Notes under the pieces: generated by a model
The model's database searches: none
Told to the model about the DNA's origin: nothing
The model's input: only the letters and a program-made list of their open reading frames with translations
Program-made: the position numbers and the translations under genes
Assembly (NCBI GenBank): GCA_021824345.1
Contig: JAKAKW010000010.1
Span: 1 to 48,986, forward strand
Reading direction: 5' to 3'
DNA from: a bacterium
Lineage (GTDB): Bacteria; Patescibacteriota; Minisyncoccia; Phycocordibacterales; UBA9973
Length of the DNA stretch: 48,986 nucleotides
In this document: positions 18,099-27,800 of the stretch, piece by piece
How the letters are laid out: every line of letters starts with the position of its first letter
How positions within the stretch are numbered: the stretch's first letter is position 1

Positions 18099-18169
18099 CG
18101 GGGTATAGTGTAATGGTAGCACGAGTCCTTTGGGAGGATTTAGTCTCGGTTCAAATCCGAGTACCCCGA
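18099..18169 (+). tRNA. tRNA-Pro(TGG)
   Basis: CGGGGTA/TACCCCG acceptor, loop TTTGGGA, GGTTCAAATCC. Confidence 0.95.
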
Positions 18170-18173
18170 CATT

Positions 18174-18244
18174 GCGGGATTAGTTTATCGGTAAAATGAC
18201 AGTTTTCCAAACTGTAGTGACCGGTCCGACTCCGGTATCCCGCA
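18174..18244 (+). tRNA. tRNA-Gly(TCC)
   Basis: GCGGGAT/ATCCCGC acceptor, ACAGT-TTTCCAA-ACTGT; T-loop TCCGACT. Confidence 0.93.
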
Positions 18245-18311
18245 CAAAACTTTCTGATAGCAAACAAGTATTGCGACTCTCAACGCTTGACAGGAGTAGT
18301 AAAATAAAAAT

Positions 18312-19058
18312 ATGCCCATAATAATCCTGATAAGCATCGCCACTTTCGCCTCCACCTTGCTTGGAGGGCTTTTTGCACTGAAATTTAAAGACAAGCTTCA
18401 TCTGATCCTTGGTTTTTCAGCAGGCGCAATTATTGGAGTGGCTTTTTTTGATCTTCTGCCTGAATCAATCAGCCTGGGAAGCGGAAGATATGACGTGGCG
18501 GCAATTACTTCCATCACCGCTTTGGGCTTTGTTGCTTACACCATTTTAGACAGATTCGTTTTTTTTCATTCCCACAGCAATGATGAGCACGATCATGGAG
18601 AGGAAATAAAAAATCACGTCACAAGAAGAGGAATACTCGGAGCTGGCAGCTTGTCCACACACAGTTTTCTTGATGGCGCCGCAATCGGTTTGGCTTTTCA
18701 AGTATCCGCCATGGTTGGAGCAATAGTGGCGGTGGCCGTATTGGTGCATGATTTTTCCGACGGAATAAATACGGTTAATTTGGTACTGAAAAATTACGGA
18801 ACAAAAAACCAGGCATTCAGATGGCTTTTAGCGGACGCGATAGCGCCTGTTTTAGGAGTAATTTCGACTTTGTTCTTCACGGTACCTGAATCTGTTTTAG
18901 GCATTATTTTAGCGGTATTTGCGGGATTCTTCCTATATATTGGCGCTTCGGATTTGTTGCCGGAAAGCCATCATAGTCATCCGACTGCATGGACTACCTT
19001 TGCAACTGTCATTGGAGTGACGGTGCTTTATGGCGCGATAAGACTGGCAGGGGTGTAA
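18312..19058 (+). CDS. ZIP family metal transporter (ZupT-like)
   Basis: GFSAG..FFDLLPES, His-rich loop HSHSNDEHDH, HSFLDG, HDFSDG, FLYIGASDLLPE. Confidence 0.92.
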   Translation: MPIIILISIATFASTLLGGLFALKFKDKLHLILGFSAGAIIGVAFFDLLPESISLGSGRYDVAAITSITALGFVAYTILDRFVFFHSHSNDEHDHGEEIKNHVTRRGILGAGSLSTHSFLDGAAIGLAFQVSAMVGAIVAVAVLVHDFSDGINTVNLVLKNYGTKNQAFRWLLADAIAPVLGVISTLFFTVPESVLGIILAVFAGFFLYIGASDLLPESHHSHPTAWTTFATVIGVTVLYGAIRLAGV

Positions 19059-19066
19059 TACACAGA

Positions 19067-19116
19067 ACAATAAAAGGGAGCAATTTGCCTGTTGTCAAAT
19101 TGCTCCCTTTTATTGT
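19067..19116. terminator. bidirectional terminator between convergent genes
   Basis: 21-bp arms ACAATAAAAGGGAGCAATTTG/CAAATTGCTCCCTTTTATTGT. Confidence 0.85.
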
Positions 19117-19135
19117 ATTTCAAAAACAAAAATAT

Positions 19136-20251
19136 TTATTTCTTCCAGGAAGCGTCAACGCCCGGGTTTCTGGCACCATGCACTTCAAAGTGCAGATGGG
19201 GTCCGGTAGAGTGGCCGGTAGATCCGATATATCCTATGATCTGCCCTTGAGAAACTTCCTCGCCCCAGCGAGCCACTATTCTTGATTGGTGCGCATACAA
19301 AGTTTGGGTGCCGTTTGGATGGTCAATGATTACCAAATTGCCGAACCCTCCGTTCCAACCTGTCCTGGAGAACGAAACCCGGCCGGCGGCTGCAGCATAG
19401 ATCGGAGTGCCCGTGGGCGCCGCAAGATCCACTCCATTGTTGGCGTGCAATCCTTGAGTCAGCACATATCCCGGAACCGGATTCACATAATATCCTGAAA
19501 GATTGGGCAGGGAAGAGTGCGATTGATAGTATTTAATATCTTGGGCAAGACTTTGGTTTAGATTTTTTGCAGGAGTACCGCCACCTTCATCCATCATTTG
19601 TCCATTCGGAATTATCAATTGATTGCCTACGGAAAGCTTTGCGCTATCGGCCAGGCTGTTGTATTGCAAGATGTCTTGGACATCCGCTTTATATTTTTTT
19701 GCAATACTCTGAAGAGTATCTCCTTTCTTGACCGTGTATTCAATTCCATTCACCGGTAAAATCAAAAGGACGTCACCGGGTTTAATGGTGGCGCCTTTTT
19801 TCATATCGTTGGCCCAAAGAATAGTGTTTGTGGAAACGTCATACATGTCGGCTATCTGAGACAAAGTGTCTCCATTGCGTACAACATAAACGCTTATTTG
19901 GCCGGGCGAGAAGGTTTGGTCTTGGGTAGCGCTTGTTTGGTCTTGGGGATTATTTGGGACCAGGGCGTTGTTGTCCACTATGTTGTTTGAGGTACTGGAA
20001 GACACCGGATCTGCTGGACTTTTACTTCCATTGGCGTAGGCCAAAATCTGAATAGGAGACAAGCTGTTTTCCAAAATATCCATATTTTGGGAGGTCATAT
20101 CCGTCCCTTGCCCCCCCGTGGTTTCGGCAGATACCTTGGGCCCGAAAATAGTGGAAAAAATACTGGCATTTGTCGTCTCGGGTACCAAAAACATCCCTAT
20201 AGATAGGGAAATGGCTAGAAAAAGACTCAGTATTTTAAAATTAGGCTTTAT
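19136..20251 (-). CDS. secreted 2xLysM + M23 peptidoglycan endopeptidase
   Basis: YVVRNGDTLSQIA, YTVKKGDTLQSIA, HANNGVD, STGPHLHFEV; first ATG at 20194, but frame is open to ATA at 20251, completing a signal peptide. Confidence 0.9.
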   Translation of the reverse strand: MKPNFKILSLFLAISLSIGMFLVPETTNASIFSTIFGPKVSAETTGGQGTDMTSQNMDILENSLSPIQILAYANGSKSPADPVSSSTSNNIVDNNALVPNNPQDQTSATQDQTFSPGQISVYVVRNGDTLSQIADMYDVSTNTILWANDMKKGATIKPGDVLLILPVNGIEYTVKKGDTLQSIAKKYKADVQDILQYNSLADSAKLSVGNQLIIPNGQMMDEGGGTPAKNLNQSLAQDIKYYQSHSSLPNLSGYYVNPVPGYVLTQGLHANNGVDLAAPTGTPIYAAAAGRVSFSRTGWNGGFGNLVIIDHPNGTQTLYAHQSRIVARWGEEVSQGQIIGYIGSTGHSTGPHLHFEVHGARNPGVDASWKK

Positions 20252-20261
20252 AAATCAAGCG

Positions 20262-20414
20262 AATATCGCTGAATACCCTTGGCGTGCGACCTGTCCCGGA
20301 TAGGCCGGGAAACTCCCCCTAGGGAGAAAATGTAGCTCTAAATAAGGGTTTTCTAGCGAAATTACTGTCGTTTCAAGCGTTTCAGCCGTATATTCCTGCT
20401 ATCGTTCAGCGCTA
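20262..20414 (-). ncRNA. candidate structured cis-regulatory leader RNA
   Basis: Long closing helix ATTTCGCTAGAAAACCCTT/AAGGGTATTCAGCGATAT enclosing hairpins CTCCC/GGGAG and TCCCGG/CCGGGA. Confidence 0.55.
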
Positions 20415-20553
20415 TCCATAAGGGTAGCACAAAAGGGGGTCAAGTCAATCATTTGAGGGGAAAACGCACGTGGAAAAAAATTGACAATTTTAAAAAAAAT
20501 TAGCCTTATTTTTAACAAAAAAATGCGAAAAAATGTGTTAGTATATAAATCTG

Positions 20554-22575
20554 ATGGACCATTTATCGGAATTAAACGACAGGCAGAAAGAGGCGGCGCT
20601 TCATACGAAGGGGCCGCTTTTAATCGTGGCTGGAGCGGGAGCGGGCAAGACCAAAACCATCACCCATCGCATAATTAACCTTATAAAACAGGGCATTCCG
20701 CCGGAAAAGATCCTGGCAGTGACTTTTACCAACAAGGCGGCAAGGGAAATGCGGGAAAGGATTTTATCCGAGATAGAAAAAAACGCGAAAGGACAAGACT
20801 CTTTCCCGTTTGTCAGCACCTTCCATGCGCTCGGCGTTTTCATCATAAAGGAAAATGCCCGCCTTCTGGGCCTTACCAGGCATTTCAGCATCCTGGATGA
20901 GGCAGATTCCACCGCTATGATCAAGGAATCTATCAAAGAAATAAATCTTGATCCGAAAGAATACGAACCGCGCCGAATAAAAGGTATCATCAGCCGAGAA
21001 AAAGGAAACTTTACCGACCTGGAAGAATATAAGGAGCGCCAAGACCATATGGCGAAGATCGCCGGCCGAGTATGGGAGCTTTACGAAGAAAAAAAGAAAA
21101 AAGAGAACGCCCTGGATTTTGACGATTTGCTCTTAAAGACGGTCAAACTTCTGAAGGAAAACAAAATTGTAAGAAAAAAATATCAGAACAAATGGGAATA
21201 CTTGCATATAGACGAATACCAGGACACGAACGAAGTGCAATATAGACTCTCGCTCCTCCTTGCGGAAGGACATGGAAACATCTGCGTAGTGGGAGACGCG
21301 GATCAAAATGTGTACAGCTGGCGGGGGGCAAACCTGAAAAATATTTTGCATTTTGAAAAAGATTATCCCGGCACAAAAGTGGTCTTGCTCGAACAAAACT
21401 ATCGTTCCACCCAAAATATCCTTGAAGCGGCCAATGTGGTTATCAAAAAAAACAAATTCCGGCCGGAGAAGAATCTTTTCACCAAAAATGAAGAAGGCGA
21501 TAGGATTTCCCTGTACGAAGCTCTGGATGAAACAGATGAAGCGGATTTTGTGGCAACGAAGATTTTGGAGATTTTAGACGGAGGAGGGATCAGTAAAATT
21601 TTCTCGGGTCCTCGGGTCGGCCGCACCTCGAAAATGCGAATCAGCGGCCTCAACCAGACCGCTCGAAAATTTTCTGATCTCCCCTCCGTCAATCTCTCCG
21701 AGGTTGCCGTCCTGTACCGCACCAATTTCCAGTCGCGCGCGCTGGAAGAAGCGATGCTCCGATACAATATTCAATACCAGGTGCTCGGGATAAAATTCTT
21801 TGAAAGAAGAGAGGTGAAGGATACTCTCGCTTACTTGCGGGCCGCTCTGAATCCGGACAGCCTTTCGGACATAAGGCGGATAATAAATTTTCCGAAAAGG
21901 GGAGTGGGCAAGGTTACTTTGGCCAAGCTTTTCGCGGGGGAAGAAAAATCATTACCGGCCGGCATGAGAGTAAAAATATCCATCTTTTACAAGGTTTTAG
22001 AGGAAATCGCGGAAAAAATCCGCACGGAAAAAGCAAGCGCCGCCATTAAATTTGCGGTAAAAAAATCCGGCATAGAAACAGAGCTATCCAGCGGCACAGA
22101 AGAAGATTCAGAGCGATTGGAAAACATAAAAGAGCTGGCTACGCTCGCTCTAAAATATGATCAAATGCCTCCCGGAGAGGGAATAGAAAAACTGCTGGAA
22201 GACGCTGCTTTAGCCGGCGAACAGGACAGCTTAAGCAATAAAAAAGAGAATGAAAACAAAAATGCCGTGAAGCTCATGACGGTACACGCCGCAAAAGGTT
22301 TGGAGTTTGAATACGTGTTTGTCGTCGGGTTGGAAGAAGGACTCTTCCCAAATGAACGCGAGGGTGAAGTAAAGTCAGCAGAAGACTCGGAAGAGGAGCG
22401 CCGCCTGTTTTATGTGGCGCTTACCCGCGCGAAGAAAAAACTTTTTTTGTCTTATGCCAATTACCGCACTATTTTCGGCTCTCGTTCCATCAACGCTCCG
22501 TCAGAATTCATATACGACATTCCGGGCGATCTTCTGGAACACGAAGGGGAGAAAATCAAAACAATCTATTTATGA
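20554..22575 (+). CDS. pcrA: UvrD/PcrA SF1 DNA helicase
   Basis: AGAGAGKT, TFTNKAAREM, DEYQDTN, QNYRS, MTVHAAKGLEF, EERRLFYVALTRA. Confidence 0.96.
   Translation: MDHLSELNDRQKEAALHTKGPLLIVAGAGAGKTKTITHRIINLIKQGIPPEKILAVTFTNKAAREMRERILSEIEKNAKGQDSFPFVSTFHALGVFIIKENARLLGLTRHFSILDEADSTAMIKESIKEINLDPKEYEPRRIKGIISREKGNFTDLEEYKERQDHMAKIAGRVWELYEEKKKKENALDFDDLLLKTVKLLKENKIVRKKYQNKWEYLHIDEYQDTNEVQYRLSLLLAEGHGNICVVGDADQNVYSWRGANLKNILHFEKDYPGTKVVLLEQNYRSTQNILEAANVVIKKNKFRPEKNLFTKNEEGDRISLYEALDETDEADFVATKILEILDGGGISKIFSGPRVGRTSKMRISGLNQTARKFSDLPSVNLSEVAVLYRTNFQSRALEEAMLRYNIQYQVLGIKFFERREVKDTLAYLRAALNPDSLSDIRRIINFPKRGVGKVTLAKLFAGEEKSLPAGMRVKISIFYKVLEEIAEKIRTEKASAAIKFAVKKSGIETELSSGTEEDSERLENIKELATLALKYDQMPPGEGIEKLLEDAALAGEQDSLSNKKENENKNAVKLMTVHAAKGLEFEYVFVVGLEEGLFPNEREGEVKSAEDSEEERRLFYVALTRAKKKLFLSYANYRTIFGSRSINAPSEFIYDIPGDLLEHEGEKIKTIYL
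21577..21690. repeat. in-frame 114-bp palindromic insertion in pcrA
   Basis: GACGGAGGAGGGATCAGTAAAATTTTC...GAAAATTTTCTGATCTCCCCTCCGTC. Confidence 0.85.
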
Positions 22576-23354
22576 TGCATCGCGCAAAAAAATCACTCGG
22601 GCAGAATTTTTTGAAATCACAATCGGCTTTGGAAAAGATAGCCGAGGCGGGAGAGCTTTCTCCGGCAGATACAGTGCTTGAAATCGGTCCCGGGCTCGGC
22701 GCCCTTACTGAAAGGCTCTTGGAGCGAGCCGGAAAGGTTATTGCGGTGGAAAAAGACCGCGAACTTTTCGCCATGCTAAGCGAAAAGTTCGCGCCGCAAA
22801 TTACTGCAAACAAATTGCTTCTTTTGGAAGGGGACATTCTGGATTTTGATCCGGCAAAGTATCCGGAAACGGCCGAAAAATACAAAATCGTCGCCAATAT
22901 CCCATACAATATCACCGGCGCTATCCTGAAAAAATTTTTAACCGCTGAAAAACAGCCGAACCGCATGGTGCTTCTGGTCCAGAAGGAGGTGGCGGACAGA
23001 ATCATGGCTCGCGATGGGAAGGAAAGCATCTTGTCCATATCGGTAAAGGCGTACGGCGCGCCGAAGATAGAGGGGAAAATACCGGCCGGAAGCTTCTCTC
23101 CGGCTCCAAAAGTGGATTCGGCGATCATAATAATCGGCAATATATCCAGGAAATTCTTCACGGAAAAGAAAATCGGCGAAGAAGCGTTTTGGCGCCTTAT
23201 AAGACTTTCCTTTGCCCATAAAAGGAAAAAACTGGCGGGTAATTTGCGCGGAAAAGACTCCGATTTCCCGCTTATTCCGAAGGAATTTAGAGACAAAAGG
23301 GCGGAGGATTTGTCGCTGTCCGATTGGACTCGGTTTTTTCACCAAAAAAGCTAG
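22572..23354 (+). CDS. rsmA: 16S rRNA m6,2A dimethyltransferase
   Basis: KKSLGQNFL, LEIGPGLGALT, VANIPYNIT, FSPAPKVDS. Confidence 0.97.
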   Translation: MMHRAKKSLGQNFLKSQSALEKIAEAGELSPADTVLEIGPGLGALTERLLERAGKVIAVEKDRELFAMLSEKFAPQITANKLLLLEGDILDFDPAKYPETAEKYKIVANIPYNITGAILKKFLTAEKQPNRMVLLVQKEVADRIMARDGKESILSISVKAYGAPKIEGKIPAGSFSPAPKVDSAIIIIGNISRKFFTEKKIGEEAFWRLIRLSFAHKRKKLAGNLRGKDSDFPLIPKEFRDKRAEDLSLSDWTRFFHQKS

Positions 23355-23386
23355 TAAATAAAACACCCAACTGATATAATATACGC

Positions 23387-23818
23387 ATGAAAAAAGGCAT
23401 TCTTGTCATTCTGCCGATAGTTTTTTGCGTATTCTTCTTTTCCGCACGCATGGCTGATGCTTCATATGGATTCAGCGGATTTTTTGGAGGAAGAATAACC
23501 AGCATCGAAGCAAAATCCGTGAAGGAAAAAGAAAATTCCGGATATCAGTGCATGGTGCCGGGAACTTCCATAACCATTAATCCTATCGGATCTCCGCCGG
23601 GCACTCCCACGGATTATTTAATACCATACTATGCATCCTATAGAACATCTTCGACCCCGGGGGAGGGCAAGCTGATTCTCGGAGCGTACTCCGGGATATC
23701 TCTGATAATCTGTTACATGGTAAATCCTCCGTATACTCCCGATGCGGTAGTGCTTCCAACCATAACAATTTTTGGAACCTCCGGCGGAACTTCCTTGCTC
23801 GGCAATTTACCGTCATAA
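23387..23818 (+). CDS. hypothetical secreted protein
   Basis: Signal peptide ending ADA, FGGRIT, two mature Cys, IFGTS. Confidence 0.7.
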   Translation: MKKGILVILPIVFCVFFFSARMADASYGFSGFFGGRITSIEAKSVKEKENSGYQCMVPGTSITINPIGSPPGTPTDYLIPYYASYRTSSTPGEGKLILGAYSGISLIICYMVNPPYTPDAVVLPTITIFGTSGGTSLLGNLPS

Positions 23819-23827
23819 AAATAACTG

Positions 23828-24847
23828 ATGAAAGAAAATTTTTTACATAACAAAACTTCAAGATACTCAAAATATCTGCCCAGCAGGAAATTTTCCATCA
23901 TTATGGGATCGGTCATTGGCGCGGCAATCGTAATATTTATAATATCTTCAATATTTTCCGGAAAAGTGTCTTTTATTTCCGACAAGGCGAAAAACGACAG
24001 CGGCTTATCCGTGCAAAACAAAACCTTGGCTGACTTGATTCAGGCCGATTCGGACGGCGACGGCGTGCCGGATTGGGAAGAAGCGCTGTGGGGAACAGAT
24101 CCTCACAAGAAAGCGACCTTCAACGGCGTACCTGACGCGGAATATATTGCAAACAAAAAGAAAGAATTAAACATTGAGCAGAATAATATGCAAGACGAAC
24201 AGAACATGACCGAAACGCAGAAATTTGCGCAGGAATTTTTCACCAGCTTCGCCGCACTAAAGGCATCGGGGCAGGTGGACGCCAGCACTATCAACAATTT
24301 TTCAAACGCTTTGGGCCAGAAAGTGGTAGACGCCAATTTGCCTGATCAATATGCGGAAAAAGACGCGAAACTTGCCTCTACGGACGATGTTATGACCCAG
24401 GCAAAATATTATTCAACGATCAAATCCTTGTTTGACAAACACAAGCAAGACGGTCTGGGAAACGAGCTTGGTATAGTGAGCGGAGGTCTAGCTGTCTCAG
24501 GTGTGCCCTCCGATATTACATCCAACCAGGGCAAGGACATAACTGCTTCGGAAACAATTTCTAATATCCCTTCTTCAACCCCTGACAGCTATAATGAACT
24601 TTTAGTGATAGGGCAGTCATATCAAGATTTTGCCAAACAAGTTATGGAAACTAACGTACCAAAAGGTCTTCTACCATATCATCTGGCCATAGCAAATAGC
24701 GCTTATAACACCGGGGTAGCCGTAATAGGGATGCAAAAAATGATTGATGATCCGATAGTAGGACTTTCCGGACTTTCTCAATATCAGAAATACAGCGGCC
24801 AATTAATTACCGCAGTAACAAAGTTACAAGAGGCATTAATGAGATAA
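23828..24847 (+). CDS. membrane-anchored protein with a thrombospondin type-3-like Ca-binding motif
   Basis: N-terminal TM; DSDGDGVPDWEEALWGTDP. Confidence 0.75.
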   Translation: MKENFLHNKTSRYSKYLPSRKFSIIMGSVIGAAIVIFIISSIFSGKVSFISDKAKNDSGLSVQNKTLADLIQADSDGDGVPDWEEALWGTDPHKKATFNGVPDAEYIANKKKELNIEQNNMQDEQNMTETQKFAQEFFTSFAALKASGQVDASTINNFSNALGQKVVDANLPDQYAEKDAKLASTDDVMTQAKYYSTIKSLFDKHKQDGLGNELGIVSGGLAVSGVPSDITSNQGKDITASETISNIPSSTPDSYNELLVIGQSYQDFAKQVMETNVPKGLLPYHLAIANSAYNTGVAVIGMQKMIDDPIVGLSGLSQYQKYSGQLITAVTKLQEALMR

Positions 24848-24884
24848 CAATGTTAAAATGGGAATAATTGTCACTATTTAGAAA

Positions 24885-27800
24885 ATGCGCAAAATAATTC
24901 CGAACAAAAAAATAATCTCCATTATTTTGGTTGTTACTACCATAACTATGCCGTTTGCCTTAATACCTACAGATACTGCAAAAGCGCAAGCTTTAAACAC
25001 AGGGGATTATGTGGCAGGAGCAGCCGGAGCAATAGGAATGCTTCCTTTGTGTAAAGACAAATTAAATAATGCCATATCTTCCCTTTTTGAGAGTTCAGCT
25101 TCATCAATAATATCCAGTCAATTCAGCCAACAGGCAAATGGTTCCCTTCCGAGCAACATAGATGCCAGTATTAATGGAGCCTCCGGGATGTCCGACTCTT
25201 TTTATGCCCAAGCTCAGAAAGAGCTTGGAACGAATACTCTTGAGAGCAAATTACAGAGCCTCGGAAATGAATACAGCAATATCGCCAATTCGGTTCAAAC
25301 TAATGACCCGAACGCAAATGCAAAATTGAAAGATATTCAAAAGAAAATAGACATAATAAAAAATGCAACTGATTCATTAAACACCAACGATACTTGCTTG
25401 CAATCAATCGGACGTCTGCTCATAAAAATACTTCTGCAAAAAATCACCCTGTCCACTGTGGATTGGATCAATCATGGATTCAACGGAGGCCCCGCCTTTG
25501 TGCAGAACCCCAGCCAGTTTTTCAAAGACATCGCCAGGGACCAAATACTTGAATTCGGATCGGAAATAAATAATCCGACTTTGTATCCTTTCGGACAGGC
25601 TTTTATGCAAAATCAAGCTGAGGCCTTCAAAAATCAGTTTGCGGTCAATGCGCAATATTCGCTGGACAGCCTTATTCAAAGCACCACTCCCCAATATACA
25701 GCCCAAGATTTTAATAATGATTTCAGCCAGGGGGGCTGGGATGCCTGGTCTTATATGACCCAGATACCGGCAAATAACCCTCTGGGCTTCCAGCTGATGG
25801 CCGCAAACGAATTGCAACGGAGAATCTCGGAAAGCCAGCAACAGACGCAGAATCAATTAATGGAATCCGGCGGGTTTCTGGGAGACATGCGCTGTGTTGA
25901 TCCATCCACCGGCAAACCGAACAACATAACCCAAGCAGACAGAAAGACCTCGCTGGACGCAAATCAACCAGACCCGTGCATAGCCAGCGGCAGCCAATGG
26001 GAATACGTAACCCCGGGCAAACTGATTGCCACGGCTGCCACCAGCGCGCTTGAATATCCGAACAACAACTTGCTGAAGGCGAGCGACCTGAACGATGCAA
26101 TTGCCGCCATACTGGATGCAGTCATCAATCACTTCACCAGCCAATGGCAGACAAACGGATTTGCCAATTTGAGTTCTCAGGGAGCAAATGGACAGCTGAT
26201 TTTCAGTTCCGGATATATCAATTCCACTCCGCAGGCTCAAAAAGACTTTACTCCGGCACAGCTTACGAGTTCCTGGCTTGCAAACAACCCGAATTTCAAT
26301 ATTCGCTCTGACTTGACCCAGGCGCTCGTAGATGAACAAAGAACATACGTGGAAAAACTGCAAAAGCAGGACGAAGAATTAATGTCCACCACCGACGGCA
26401 GAAACTATCGTGAAAACAGCAACGGCTCTACAAATGCGGCTTACAGCCTTATCCCGGCCATCTACCAGCTTGATTATTGCGTGCCCGGACCGCATCCGGG
26501 ATGGGAATATGACTCGCAGAGAGTGCTTTCCGCCGTGATAAATAATATTGTTTCCCCATCCGAAGACGAATTGAAAAACGGTTTTAACAAAAACGCCCTG
26601 CAACAGACCGCAAACGTGCTGGGGCAGACTATCGCAACAACCATTGCCGCTACTTTAAGTTCTCAAAATTCTTCCATCGGATTCATCTCAACCCTGGGCC
26701 CGGTGGCGGGAATCGCCGCCACCGTACTGGCAAAATTCCTCAGCGGTATTCTCGGCAACTTGTTTGACCAATCCAATGAGTTGGACAATAACATAAGGAC
26801 ATATTACAGCGCGCAGTTGGCGGCAATAACCGGATTAAATCCCGCAGATCATGTGGCAGATTACAACATGAGCGCTGACCCGCGCTCAATAAATATGGAA
26901 AACAAGCAGGGAGTGGCAAATGTGCTTTACACTGTCCTGAACAGGTACGCAAAGATAATGAACGAGACTTATGAAGCGGATGGGTCAATGACCGCGGATT
27001 TGGCGGCGGTGAAACAGGAATCCGACGCGGAATTCAATAAGTTGGACGGTTACAAGCAGATGATAACCCAAAACCAGGCAAAAATAGCGGAGATGGAAGG
27101 GGTAATAACCCAACTGGAAAATATTAAAAGCGATATAGATGGGCTAAATGAAAAACTGAAAAAAAAGCAATTCACGGATAGTTCAGGCATGCCACTTGCG
27201 ACAGATGAGGATCAAAATAACGCATATGAAGAGGCTTTGCAGCCCGAGATAGACGCGTTTGCCAGAGTATCTTCAAAGATGGTGAACGAAAACGACATAG
27301 CCTCGGTGGATAGCATATTAAAACAGATAACGGACGAAAGAGATTATGTTTACAACCAGCTTTTGAAAGGCCCCCATGGATGCGAACATATCCTGCAGAC
27401 TGAACCTCAACCGCACTTCCAGTGGCCGGGCGGCACGCCGGAATTTGACAGCCATCTTTGGAGCAACTTCAATGTTGATTCTGTGCAAAGAATGACTTAT
27501 CCCTCCGTCTTTCCGATATTCTACGACTACAATAAAATCCCGCCGGGGGCCGCCATTACTATTAACAATCCGGCGGAAAGCGATTCCGCAGTTTGGTCTT
27601 CATATTGCACTTCCAATGCTTCTTCTTCCGACAAATCATGCGGTGAGTCAAGTTACATGAAAACCTATATGCCTGACGCCAGCATGATATCCCCGCTGGG
27701 TTCTACCGTAAAATTACTCAATGGCAATAGTTACGAATTCGGCCCGGGATTCTTGAGCTTCATTCTATTCGGAAACAACCCGGGTGAAGATACTTCCTAT

